Below are positions 17,253 to 25,723 of a stretch of 59,402 bases of DNA, piece by piece. The translations under genes and the position numbers were made by a program. Origin of the DNA: a virus; the IMG/VR virus record IMGVR_UViG_3300045988_086105; one strand, given 5' to 3'. How positions within the stretch are numbered: position 1 is the first letter of the stretch; every line of letters begins with the position of its first letter. The notes beneath the pieces were generated by a model that was not told the DNA's origin, searched no databases, and saw only the letters and a list, made by a program, of their open reading frames with translations.

Positions 17253-17639
17253 TTAATTCGGGCTTTCCGGAAGTCCTTCTTCCCGTAACATTTTGATTCT
17301 TTGTTTCATTTCGTAGATTGCGATTTGCTCATTTGACTCCTGGTAAGACGAAGATTTTATTTCTCCATCGCTCATCACTGCTCTATCAATATATTTTGAC
17401 TTTGCTTTTCGTCCACGTAGTCCATGGTCAAGTGCAACTACAAGTGCTGATATTCCATAATTTCCCCACTGCGCCCATGCAATTTCATCCTCCATTTTTT
17501 TCTTTAACTTATATCCTTTAAGGCAATACTCTAGCTTCTTAGGATTTAAGTGTTTGAATTCTTCCATGGAAATTCCGATTGCATAAGCCAGTGGAAAATA
17601 TTCTTCCCATATTATTTTGTGCCAGTTTATTTCTTTTTG
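17253..17639 (-). CDS. Tail assembly chaperone T-frame extension (GT product via -1 frameshift)
   Basis: The frame of the 17253..17567 ORF stays open upstream into the end of the G gene in the -1 frame. C AAA AAG lies at 17633-17639, just before the G stop. Confidence 0.55.
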   Translation of the reverse strand, partial: QKEINWHKIIWEEYFPLAYAIGISMEEFKHLNPKKLEYCLKGYKLKKKMEDEIAWAQWGNYGISALVVALDHGLRGRKAKSKYIDRAVMSDGEIKSSSYQESNEQIAIYEMKQRIKMLREEGLPESPN

Positions 17640-18064
17640 GCTTTTGGTCTTTCCTGTTTCATCATGTCCTCCAGTCCCGACAGCTTTAAAAAACCATCAT
17701 CCTCAATGCACTGTTTAATTTCTTCGTACAGATTATGAAATGAAAGATTGTTTTCTTTCATGTATGCTTTCATCAGCGTTTTTGCCAGGTCCTGTGTGAC
17801 TCCCTCATGATTCTCAAGCAATCCTGCATAAAAAGCAGTTTTGCAGAAATGAGGCATTTCTGCCACCATTCTGCCAGAACCGTCAATGACTTCTTCGGAT
17901 GTGGGTTTCTCCACATTCTTTGCTCTCTTAATCACATAAGCACCGGTCATGGTTTCAAAAAGCATCTGAATTAAATCCCGGCACTCTGCCGCCTCAAATC
18001 CATACTCTAATTTATAAATTTCCCCACTAATTGTAATTTCCTTCATTTTTTGTCCTTTCCCCAA
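17627..18064 (-). CDS. Tail assembly chaperone (G-like)
   Basis: 145-aa acidic protein between the major tail protein and the T-frame ORF. This is the canonical G/GT arrangement. Confidence 0.65.
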   Translation of the reverse strand: MGKGQKMKEITISGEIYKLEYGFEAAECRDLIQMLFETMTGAYVIKRAKNVEKPTSEEVIDGSGRMVAEMPHFCKTAFYAGLLENHEGVTQDLAKTLMKAYMKENNLSFHNLYEEIKQCIEDDGFLKLSGLEDMMKQERPKAKKK

Positions 18065-18178
18065 CCTTATGTTGGAAAGGAGCCGTCCGGAGACGGCTCT
18101 CTTTTTCTTAAATCAATAATTCTTCTACCGAGTTGTCATAGTCAGTCACGGTAGATTTACGAGATGCTTTTGACTGAC

Positions 18179-18679
18179 TTACGATTTTTTTGTCAATCTA
18201 ATTTCCGTAGGATATCCATTTTCATCTTCGGTAACTGCTACATCGTAATCATCCTCAATCCATTTAGGTACGGTGCTTACAGATACCGTAGAAGTACCTG
18301 TTAAATGGTCTTCCGTTGCCTCATCCGGTGCAAAACTTTCCTGTCCGATAAAAGCACAAATTCCCTCGGAGCCTTTACCATCTGTTCCATACAAGATACA
18401 GAAATCCAGTTTTTTTCCTTCATTTGCAACCATTTCATCCTTTTTATCTTTCTCAAAAGCACCAGGAACTTCCATGGATGCTGCAGACCTTCTTCCAGGT
18501 TCCTGCGTTTCAACCAAATCTTCCAGAGTGGAAGTGTCTGTCATATTAACAGAGCCAAAAGGGGAGGGAATTGATTTTGCCCGGATGAGTAATTTGTATG
18601 TTCCTTCCCAGTAAGCACCTTCTTTTGGTGCGTCACTTTGTTCTTTGTAAATAATTCTCGATTTTAAACCAGTAGCCAT
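18179..18679 (-). CDS. Major tail protein (start moved to ATG 18679)
   Basis: GGAGGT RBS 5 nt before the internal ATG (MATGLKSRIIYKEQ...). Position is upstream of the chaperones. Confidence 0.65.
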   Translation of the reverse strand: MATGLKSRIIYKEQSDAPKEGAYWEGTYKLLIRAKSIPSPFGSVNMTDTSTLEDLVETQEPGRRSAASMEVPGAFEKDKKDEMVANEGKKLDFCILYGTDGKGSEGICAFIGQESFAPDEATEDHLTGTSTVSVSTVPKWIEDDYDVAVTEDENGYPTEIRLTKKS

Positions 18680-18702
18680 TTTTAACCTCCATATTTTTTT
18701 GT

Positions 18703-18726
18703 AAAAAAATAGAGCCAATCGGCTCT
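18703..18726 (-). terminator. Rho-independent terminator upstream of the major tail gene
   Basis: AGAGCC-GATT-GGCTCT followed by a U-run (AUUUUUUU) on the minus strand. Confidence 0.55.
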
Positions 18727-18730
18727 AAAA

Positions 18731-19159
18731 TTATAAAGTGTCGTTTGCTCCTATTATTCGTCGGAATCTTGCAATTCCACGATACACTCCGTTTTTGTCA
18801 CTATATAATGGACTTTGCAAAACTTCAAATTGAAGTTTTTTAAACGAATCCATAATTGTTGCCATGATTATTCTGGCATCATTTTTGCTAGTGTTACAAA
18901 TAACATCTACTTGAAAGGATTCTTCGACAGCATTGATTTTTTTTCCTTCCAGTCCCCTTCCTTTTTCTTTTCCTTCTAATTCTTTTACATACACCGTAGG
19001 AAATATTGGTTCAGACAAGGAACTATCCAAATCTGTCACGTTTGCCGCTGGATGTTTCTTTTCAATTTGCCGTTTAATATAAGAGTAGATTATAAGAGGC
19101 AAATCATAAACCCATTGATTTTCACTAACCATTTCGGAATACCTCTCTGGCCGTTTCAA
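18731..19159 (-). CDS. Head-tail joining / tail-terminator-position protein (142 aa)
   Basis: Positional call, between the gp10-like protein and the major tail protein. Confidence 0.5.
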   Translation of the reverse strand: MKRPERYSEMVSENQWVYDLPLIIYSYIKRQIEKKHPAANVTDLDSSLSEPIFPTVYVKELEGKEKGRGLEGKKINAVEESFQVDVICNTSKNDARIIMATIMDSFKKLQFEVLQSPLYSDKNGVYRGIARFRRIIGANDTL

Positions 19160-19658
19160 TTACAATGTCTCGCAGTTGATTGGCAGTATAAAACATAAAG
19201 GGGCGGGACTCCATTCCTTCCGTAAACCACCAGTCTCCATTGTCATCCTTGTAAAACCAACCATATCTTCCGTCTGAAAGCTGCCTAATGGTTTTCCCAC
19301 TAGCATATTGCCATTCAATTCCGTCTGGAAATTTTCCAGGATATGGACTTTGCTTTCCTACAATTCCGGTTCCAAATTCAACAAACAGCGCATGGTCGGT
19401 TCCCGCAACTACCGCCCAAATACCGCCGCCTTTAACATCTTTTATATGTTCTGCATGAATACTTGAATTTAGTTCGTAAGTAAATACTGCATCCATCTGC
19501 ATAATATACGCTTGTGCAATCTCTACGCCCTTTTCAGCCATTGTTTCAGCCAGTAGCCTACATTTATACTCTAAACTATTTTCGTAGTATTTAAGAGCAT
19601 TTACGGCTGCTTGTATGGACTTTGTATCAAACAGATTGATGCTAATTGTATTTCCCAT
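19125..19658 (-). CDS. HK97 gp10-family head-tail/tail-completion protein
   Basis: HALFVEFGTGIVG and SRPFMFYTA match the gp10-family signature. Confidence 0.7.
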   Translation of the reverse strand: MGNTISINLFDTKSIQAAVNALKYYENSLEYKCRLLAETMAEKGVEIAQAYIMQMDAVFTYELNSSIHAEHIKDVKGGGIWAVVAGTDHALFVEFGTGIVGKQSPYPGKFPDGIEWQYASGKTIRQLSDGRYGWFYKDDNGDWWFTEGMESRPFMFYTANQLRDIVIETAREVFRNG

Positions 19659-19659
19659 A

Positions 19660-20082
19660 TCATTTTACCGTCTTTTGCAACAAGAACAAATCTGCCGTGA
19701 GTCCTTCATCGGCAACACCTTTTACAACGTAATCCGCAGTTTTGCTGTCTACAAGCCCGTCAGCATCACGACCTATTTTAGACTTTTTCCAGATAACATC
19801 ACCGGCTTTAATCGGCAAATAGCCCTTGTCGGTCACAATCTGACAATAGGAGCTGGAATCATCAATGCCGAATTCCTTTACCAGTACTTCCGACAGCTTA
19901 TTGCTGATGTTGGCAGAAAAAGATACCGGTTCAGAAAAACCGGTAGTCTCGCGCAAAACTACCGGTATCTTTTCTCCCGCAACCTCTATGTACTTTATGT
20001 CTCTGTTTTCGTCCCGTTCATAAATCGTGACTTTTTCTCCCTGCAGGGAATACTTCATATTCTGCTTGTTAATGTCAAGCAT
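19660..20082 (-). CDS. Head-closure-position protein (140 aa)
   Basis: Positional call only. Confidence 0.45.
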   Translation of the reverse strand: MLDINKQNMKYSLQGEKVTIYERDENRDIKYIEVAGEKIPVVLRETTGFSEPVSFSANISNKLSEVLVKEFGIDDSSSYCQIVTDKGYLPIKAGDVIWKKSKIGRDADGLVDSKTADYVVKGVADEGLTADLFLLQKTVK

Positions 20083-20347
20083 CTTTCTTCACCTGCTTGT
20101 AAATCTGATTTACACCAGTACTTGCCAAACCGGAAACAATGCCTACCGCAATAGCATTCAGTACATCATTTGCCGGGAAATCCGGAATAACATACATTCC
20201 TACTACTCCGAGAATGCCACCGACAATACCGACAACAACCGGGATGTAGTTATCCTTAATGACCGGAATCAGCTTCGCTCCAATACCGGCAAGATAGCAG
20301 ATAACCACGATTGCAACACAAGTTCCTACCTGTGAAAAATCCATCAT
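20075..20347 (-). CDS. Holin-like membrane protein (90 aa)
   Basis: Multiple glycine-rich transmembrane (TM) segments and a charged C-terminal tail (GLASTGVNQIYKQVKKDA). Confidence 0.6.
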   Translation of the reverse strand: MMDFSQVGTCVAIVVICYLAGIGAKLIPVIKDNYIPVVVGIVGGILGVVGMYVIPDFPANDVLNAIAVGIVSGLASTGVNQIYKQVKKDA

Positions 20348-20649
20348 TCCTTACCTCCGTTCTTCAATCTTATTTCTTTTATTTCTTCATACATTTTAGT
20401 TGCCATTCCATTTCCACCAAGCGCATGATAAGCATTGTACATCTCGACAAAGTTTTCATACGCATAACTTGGAATTTCTCCCAACTTCATGTACTTATCG
20501 TGATACTCAATAAGTTGCACACGCAAAAGAAGCATTGTTCCCTTGCTGTTCGCATCCCTATCTTTCTTTTGCTGCTTTAGGAGCCAGACGATGTAGCCTA
20601 ATAAAATAGGCAGAACAATCGTATACGTCTGTAATAAAAATTCTTTCAC
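20344..20649 (-). CDS. Single-TM protein co-transcribed with the holin (101 aa)
   Basis: N-terminal TM (TIVLPILLGYIVWLL) followed by KQQKKDRD. ATGA overlap with the holin gene. Confidence 0.5.
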   Translation of the reverse strand: MKEFLLQTYTIVLPILLGYIVWLLKQQKKDRDANSKGTMLLLRVQLIEYHDKYMKLGEIPSYAYENFVEMYNAYHALGGNGMATKMYEEIKEIRLKNGGKE

Positions 20650-20779
20650 TTCATATCTCCTAACTATTTATTTGTTGGCACACCGCCCACCACCCTTAAA
20701 GTGTGCCGCCTGCAACTTTATTACTGGAATCAGTAACATGGTCACGCACAATCTTCTAAACCCCTCGATTTCGATGGGG

Positions 20780-21169
20780 TTATAAAACTTTTGCAAATGG
20801 AAAAACACCCACAAACAGTTCTTCACGGTCTCTCCATGTTCTCGACACTCCATTCTCTGAATAGCTTGCCATGAAGTTTTCACCGGCTTGCGATCTGTCA
20901 TACACAACAAGATTAACCACCACGGACTGGAATTTCTCCATGTCCGCAGCAATCTTTTCTTCTGTATAGCTTTCAGGGTACATTCTTTTTGCCTTGATGT
21001 CCGTTTCTGCCTGTTTGATAAGTTGTTCCAATAAAGGATTTTCCTCTGGCATATCAAACACAACTTCTGAACTTTTATCATCAATATGAAATTGTTTCAA
21101 TCTGATTTTTACCTGCTCCAAAGTCGTGTATTCTGACATTTCCAATTCCTTAAAGTTCAAACTTTTCAA
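20780..21169 (-). CDS. gp6-like head-tail connector protein
   Basis: TLEQVKIRLKQFHIDDKSSE...LLEQLIKQAETDI resembles the gp6-like connector family. Position is after the capsid gene. Confidence 0.6.
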   Translation of the reverse strand: MKSLNFKELEMSEYTTLEQVKIRLKQFHIDDKSSEVVFDMPEENPLLEQLIKQAETDIKAKRMYPESYTEEKIAADMEKFQSVVVNLVVYDRSQAGENFMASYSENGVSRTWRDREELFVGVFPFAKVL

Positions 21170-21383
21170 TCAAGATTTTTTTCAGTTCTCCACCGGTAAT
21201 ATCTTCAGCACCAGGAATTCCATGTTCTTTAGCAAGTGATTGCAGGTCTGCTGTACTCATACGCATGATTTCTGATTTGCTATACTGCTTAAAATTGTAA
21301 TGCCCCGGATTTGTATCTTCCGGGACATTACTTCCTGCTTTATACCATTTTCCATTCAATTTGATTGTATGTCCTGCGACCAT
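21150..21383 (-). CDS. Small protein with a Rho_N/SAP-like C-terminal motif (77 aa)
   Basis: MSTADLQSLAKEHGIPGAEDITGGELKKILIEKF. Confidence 0.5.
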   Translation of the reverse strand: MVAGHTIKLNGKWYKAGSNVPEDTNPGHYNFKQYSKSEIMRMSTADLQSLAKEHGIPGAEDITGGELKKILIEKFEL

Positions 21384-21394
21384 ATCAATCCCTC

Positions 21395-22486
21395 CTACGC
21401 CACCTTCATAACAACAACGCTGTCCATTCCCTCAAAGGTAGGAAGTCCAATCATAGATACTACGCAATGAGTATTGATAGGATGGTTAGTAGAGTAGGTG
21501 TAAACTGAAATTCCAGTCTCAACAATAGAAAGATTTCCATCGGTAAGACTTCCACTTCTTTCCTCCGGTGTTTTTCCAAAAACATAATCTCCCAGGTAAA
21601 CCCCGGCTGATTGTGCAGATACCACTCCAGTAGGAATAAAGTATTTTGTTTGTCCGTCCGCGGGGTCAATATACAATTTGTCGTATACTTCAATCTGAAT
21701 TCCATATCCGCGCAAATACTCTGTAACTTGTCCCTGCTGTAACCGGATTCCTCCATTGTAAGCAGTAATTCCAAGCACTTGCTTTTTGGTATCTTCTGCC
21801 TTTAAAACCATTTCCCATGTTTCGGTGTTCATAGAATATCGAGTAAGGGAATATCCAGTCTTTTTTGCAAAATTTCTGGTTGTCTCAATCAAATCATCCA
21901 GTGGAGTTGATGTTTCCGGTTTATTCCACGCATCAGTTCCTGTAATCTCCACAAAATGGTCTTTTTTATGCTCCGCTCCATCATCGGAAGTGTAGTCTAC
22001 ATAGTAGCTTTTTCCGCCGATAGTTACTTGCACGCGAGGAATCCCATCTGCCGGAGCAAGCAACTGCCAAATCTGTCTCTCTGGAACAACTCTTGCTCCA
22101 TCAATTAACATCATGGGCTTTTTACTGATTTCCCGAAGAACATTATTTGCTAAAGATACATTTTCTGCGCTCTGATAATTTGCATACTCCTGTTCTTCCT
22201 GCTCTGTTACCATGTAAGACTCACGGTAAAATGGCATTTTATTCTGGATATCAGAAAATCCACCGACATCTCTTAATTCTGCCTGTGCATCAAAATTAGA
22301 TGCTTTCAGAGAAACAGGAAGACCGCTCTTTCCCTTAATAAATCTAAGGTCGAGACTATCCTGCTTTCTTGTGCCAAACTTTTGTCTTCCCAAATAAGGT
22401 GCGGAACCCAAAGTTTTTTCATAATTATTCCACATTACACCAAGACTTCTTGCTGTAAATGCCTGGCTTAAAGGTAATGCTGCCAT
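21395..22486 (-). CDS. Major capsid protein (capsid-E-like)
   Basis: 363 aa, downstream of the scaffold and decoration genes. The N-terminal pattern resembles the phage capsid E family. Confidence 0.8.
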   Translation of the reverse strand: MAALPLSQAFTARSLGVMWNNYEKTLGSAPYLGRQKFGTRKQDSLDLRFIKGKSGLPVSLKASNFDAQAELRDVGGFSDIQNKMPFYRESYMVTEQEEQEYANYQSAENVSLANNVLREISKKPMMLIDGARVVPERQIWQLLAPADGIPRVQVTIGGKSYYVDYTSDDGAEHKKDHFVEITGTDAWNKPETSTPLDDLIETTRNFAKKTGYSLTRYSMNTETWEMVLKAEDTKKQVLGITAYNGGIRLQQGQVTEYLRGYGIQIEVYDKLYIDPADGQTKYFIPTGVVSAQSAGVYLGDYVFGKTPEERSGSLTDGNLSIVETGISVYTYSTNHPINTHCVVSMIGLPTFEGMDSVVVMKVA

Positions 22487-22505
22487 ATTTTAAATACCTC
22501 CTGTT

Positions 22506-22844
22506 TTACTCTGCAATCTGGGGCGCACCATAAAATGTTACCCTCGGAGTTGCTTTTCTCGCTGCATCTGCAATGGATAAAGATGTTACTTTTTCCCAAT
22601 CAATCGTTCCCTGGTATACATAAGTGCCAGGTGCATCTCCCATAGTGACATCTACATCTTCCAGTAAATATCCTAAACACTTTGCATCATTAGACGGATA
22701 CGGTGTGCCAGCCGGCACTACTTTCCTTCCATCATCACCTGCATTTACTCCACTCTGTCCAACAATACAAGCGGCTCCCTCATAGGGAAAAAACTTTAAA
22801 ATTCCTTTTCTTTGTGTAAAATCTCTTTCAATGGGTTTTCCCAT
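22506..22844 (-). CDS. Head decoration-like protein (112 aa)
   Basis: Small Gly-rich beta protein between the scaffold and capsid genes. Confidence 0.5.
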   Translation of the reverse strand: MGKPIERDFTQRKGILKFFPYEGAACIVGQSGVNAGDDGRKVVPAGTPYPSNDAKCLGYLLEDVDVTMGDAPGTYVYQGTIDWEKVTSLSIADAARKATPRVTFYGAPQIAE

Positions 22845-22855
22845 ATTTTTACCTC

Positions 22856-23407
22856 CTATAAAACATAGTAATTTTTGCTTTCATTGCTTGCGGCATTGTT
22901 TCCAAAACTAATTTTTTCAGCATTTTCAACATCCGCGCTTTTTTCTTTTTCACTTCCTCCGGCACTTCCTCCACCTGGATTTGTAGAGTTATTTGCAATT
23001 TCCTGTTCTTTTGCCTGTGCCGCAGCGGTTTCTTTTTCAGAGATAATTTTTCCGAGGACTTCGTAGTCAACACTGCCATCATCCTTAATAACCTGTGCTG
23101 CCTGTTCAGTAGAAATGTTAAATTTTGATGCAGCATTGCTTCTATGCGTTGCAATGGTTTGTGCTTTTTCAAGTTCTGCAATTTTAGCATTGGCAGAATC
23201 AAGGTCTTTCTGTAACTTTTCTGATTCGGACAAATCCTTATCTTTCATCGCTGCGTATTCCTTTTCCATTTCCCGCAGTCTTGACAGTTCTTCGTTGTTT
23301 TTTGTTGCCTTTGCATTTGCTGTCTGAATATCCTTGCTATTTTCCGCAATGATTTTTTCAATCTGTTCGGCAGTCAAACCCATAGCAGCCAGTTCTTCTC
23401 TTTTCAT
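22856..23407 (-). CDS. Scaffolding protein (GP20/DUF4355-like)
   Basis: Helical, K/E/A-rich protein with a MKREELAAMGLTAEQIEKIIAENSK N-terminus. Position is between portal and capsid. Confidence 0.7.
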   Translation of the reverse strand: MKREELAAMGLTAEQIEKIIAENSKDIQTANAKATKNNEELSRLREMEKEYAAMKDKDLSESEKLQKDLDSANAKIAELEKAQTIATHRSNAASKFNISTEQAAQVIKDDGSVDYEVLGKIISEKETAAAQAKEQEIANNSTNPGGGSAGGSEKEKSADVENAEKISFGNNAASNESKNYYVL

Positions 23408-23524
23408 AATTACCTCCGTTATGCCCTACGTTTTTTATTACGGTGCAACGACACCGGTTGACACTGCCGCTTTTATACGCTTGCGGCTCCGCGATTTTTC
23501 ATAAATAAAAACAGTTGCCTATTT

Positions 23525-24952
23525 CTAAGAAACTGTCTCATTTTTCATTTGGTTTACAATTTCTTCTGCTTTACTCTTTTGTTCTTCTGCATTATCAATC
23601 GTTTTCCACAAAGCATCCAGATAAGGCTTTGATAGGTTAAATGTTTTTTCACAATCTCCCCAAAGCCCAACTGTCGTAATGGCAATAAGCGGATGAATTC
23701 CACATTGAAGAAGTTGTAATAATGTCTGTGATTTGGTATACATGTTATCTTGAGGACTGTGATTGATTTGTACTTCAAAGTCCCGGAGTGTAATTCCCAA
23801 ATCTTTTACTTTGATTCGTATTACATTTAATGCAACTTTTGCCAGCCTTTTTTCTGCAGTTTTTACAACAGGGTCTTTTAGTTTTGCCCTGGATTTTGAA
23901 AAATCCCATCCATTGCGGAGTTCCACTGCTCCCTGAGTATCTCCACCGGTATTCCCCTGCTTGCTCGGAATTCCCAAAATAGACAAAGCACTATCAGCCA
24001 AATCCTCTTTTGCGACTTGTGTCTGTGTCTGATTAAGCTCCTGTGACATCACATCCACATCGGATTTGTTATCTTTGCTGATAGATTTCACAACCAGTGC
24101 ATGGTTCATTTTCATTTTTTTGAATTCTTCTTCGTCAATTTCACAGTTGACAAATTTGTACCAGGCTTGAATAAACTGGTCTATCCCATCCATTCTGTCA
24201 GATTGTATGTTGTTAATCGCGTCAAGAATGTCAATGACTAATTCAATATCCGAAATTCTTTCATGGTTATTTGGATATTCCACAATGGGAATTCCTCCAA
24301 AACCATGTAATTTCCAACTTCCATCTATAATTTTGCTGTTCTTAATTTTGCACTCGTAAGATTCTGTATAGCAGAGCTTATATATTTCTCCTTTTTCATT
24401 CTTCAGCTCCTGTACTGCCAGAATAGGTTCTTCTGTGCTACGATTATAGATAATAAAAGTATTCAAAGGTGTCGGTGCTACTACTCGAATAGGAACATCT
24501 CCATTTACCATCTGGATAGCCTTGAAAGCAGTTCCTGTGGCGGACTGCCATTCTCCGGCTTTTATATCCTTTTCATGTTTATTGGCATCAGCTAAGTAAT
24601 CATTCAGCATATCAACTGCTTTGTTAATGGCATTATCATCTTTTCGACTTACAAACTGAATCGGTTCGCCGTAAGTCTGACCAACTTTAAACTGCACCCA
24701 CTCATAAGCATGGTTTTCAACAATTTTATTGGTAATATCCTCGTTGGAAACTTTTGTTCTGTACAATACCGGCTGGTCACCTTTGTAGTAATTCCACAAA
24801 TACTCAATAATTGTTTTGTTATAGTAAAATATTCCGATGCAATTTCCTATAACATCAACAATGTTTTCAGCCGTAATCTGTTCTACATCCGTATATGCGA
24901 TTTTTCTTCCGTGGCACCCTTTTACCAGGTCTTGAAAGCTGATTTTGTTCAT
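23525..24952 (-). CDS. Portal protein (SPP1 gp6-like)
   Basis: 475 aa, downstream of the terminase. Size and position are canonical. Confidence 0.85.
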   Translation of the reverse strand: MNKISFQDLVKGCHGRKIAYTDVEQITAENIVDVIGNCIGIFYYNKTIIEYLWNYYKGDQPVLYRTKVSNEDITNKIVENHAYEWVQFKVGQTYGEPIQFVSRKDDNAINKAVDMLNDYLADANKHEKDIKAGEWQSATGTAFKAIQMVNGDVPIRVVAPTPLNTFIIYNRSTEEPILAVQELKNEKGEIYKLCYTESYECKIKNSKIIDGSWKLHGFGGIPIVEYPNNHERISDIELVIDILDAINNIQSDRMDGIDQFIQAWYKFVNCEIDEEEFKKMKMNHALVVKSISKDNKSDVDVMSQELNQTQTQVAKEDLADSALSILGIPSKQGNTGGDTQGAVELRNGWDFSKSRAKLKDPVVKTAEKRLAKVALNVIRIKVKDLGITLRDFEVQINHSPQDNMYTKSQTLLQLLQCGIHPLIAITTVGLWGDCEKTFNLSKPYLDALWKTIDNAEEQKSKAEEIVNQMKNETVS

Positions 24953-24959
24953 TTTAACC

Positions 24960-25148
24960 CTACAAAAATGTCATTCCGCTACTGCATGTTCTTTTTGGAA
25001 TATTTTTGATTTCTCGCTCTTGCGTCTTTACTCTGTAAACAACTATCTTTTGACATTTTTTACATTTGTAAATTTTATCAATTTGCGATTTTTCATCAAC
25101 CATTCCAACCATTCTGTAGCAATTAGGACAATATACTTTTCTTTTCAA
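24960..25148 (-). CDS. Mu Com-like zinc-ribbon protein (62 aa)
   Basis: YCPNCYRMVG...IYKCKKCQKIV (two CxxC knuckles). Confidence 0.55.
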   Translation of the reverse strand: MKRKVYCPNCYRMVGMVDEKSQIDKIYKCKKCQKIVVYRVKTQEREIKNIPKRTCSSGMTFL

Positions 25149-25282
25149 TGTTTTTACCTTTACTTTTTTGCACGAAAATACCGCCCTGCGTTATACAAGG
25201 CGGTATTTGCACGAGGAAGAAAATTTGAATTACCATTTGGCGTTCTGCACATTATAACAATATCACTAATTTAATGTGACAT

Positions 25283-25723
25283 TCAAGGACATTTTAGGAC
25301 ATCTTTATATTCGTTTCCATATTTTTTCTCAAATTGATTTAATGCTGTCCCATGCAATCGTATAGCTTGTCGGTAGGAATATCCCATCTCAACAGCAATT
25401 TCTTCAAATTTTTTGTTCTGAATATATCTGGCAAATAAAATATCATAAACTCTTTCGTCCTCCATGCTGTCTATCTGATTCACAATTTTATTTTTTTTAT
25501 CAAAAAGAGCATCTATCATGGAGTCGATTTTTCGTTCCAGTTCGTCTATCTGGGCATATTTTGTTCCAATTTTATCTGTAACCGGAGTTGTCTGTACTCT
25601 TTCTCCACTGCAAAATCCCCCCAGACTGGCAGCCAATTCTCTAAGCTGTGATACTTCCGACAACTTATTATTTATCATTTTGTTCAATCTGTTGATTTGT
25701 TCCAAATATTCTTTCGTTGTCAT
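25283..25723 (-). CDS. ArpU/sigma-70 region-4-like transcriptional regulator
   Basis: The C-terminus RVYDILFARYIQNKKFEEIAVEMGYSYRQAIRLHGTALNQF is a sigma r4-type HTH. It is followed by a hairpin with a U-run at about 25171-25205. Confidence 0.65.
   Translation of the reverse strand: MTTKEYLEQINRLNKMINNKLSEVSQLRELAASLGGFCSGERVQTTPVTDKIGTKYAQIDELERKIDSMIDALFDKKNKIVNQIDSMEDERVYDILFARYIQNKKFEEIAVEMGYSYRQAIRLHGTALNQFEKKYGNEYKDVLKCP

Noticed and set aside
20668-21084. 138-aa minus-strand ORF overlapping the gp6-like connector gene
   Set aside because: It lies in an alternative frame entirely inside or overlapping a better-supported gene. The product is basic and low-complexity, and there is no RBS.
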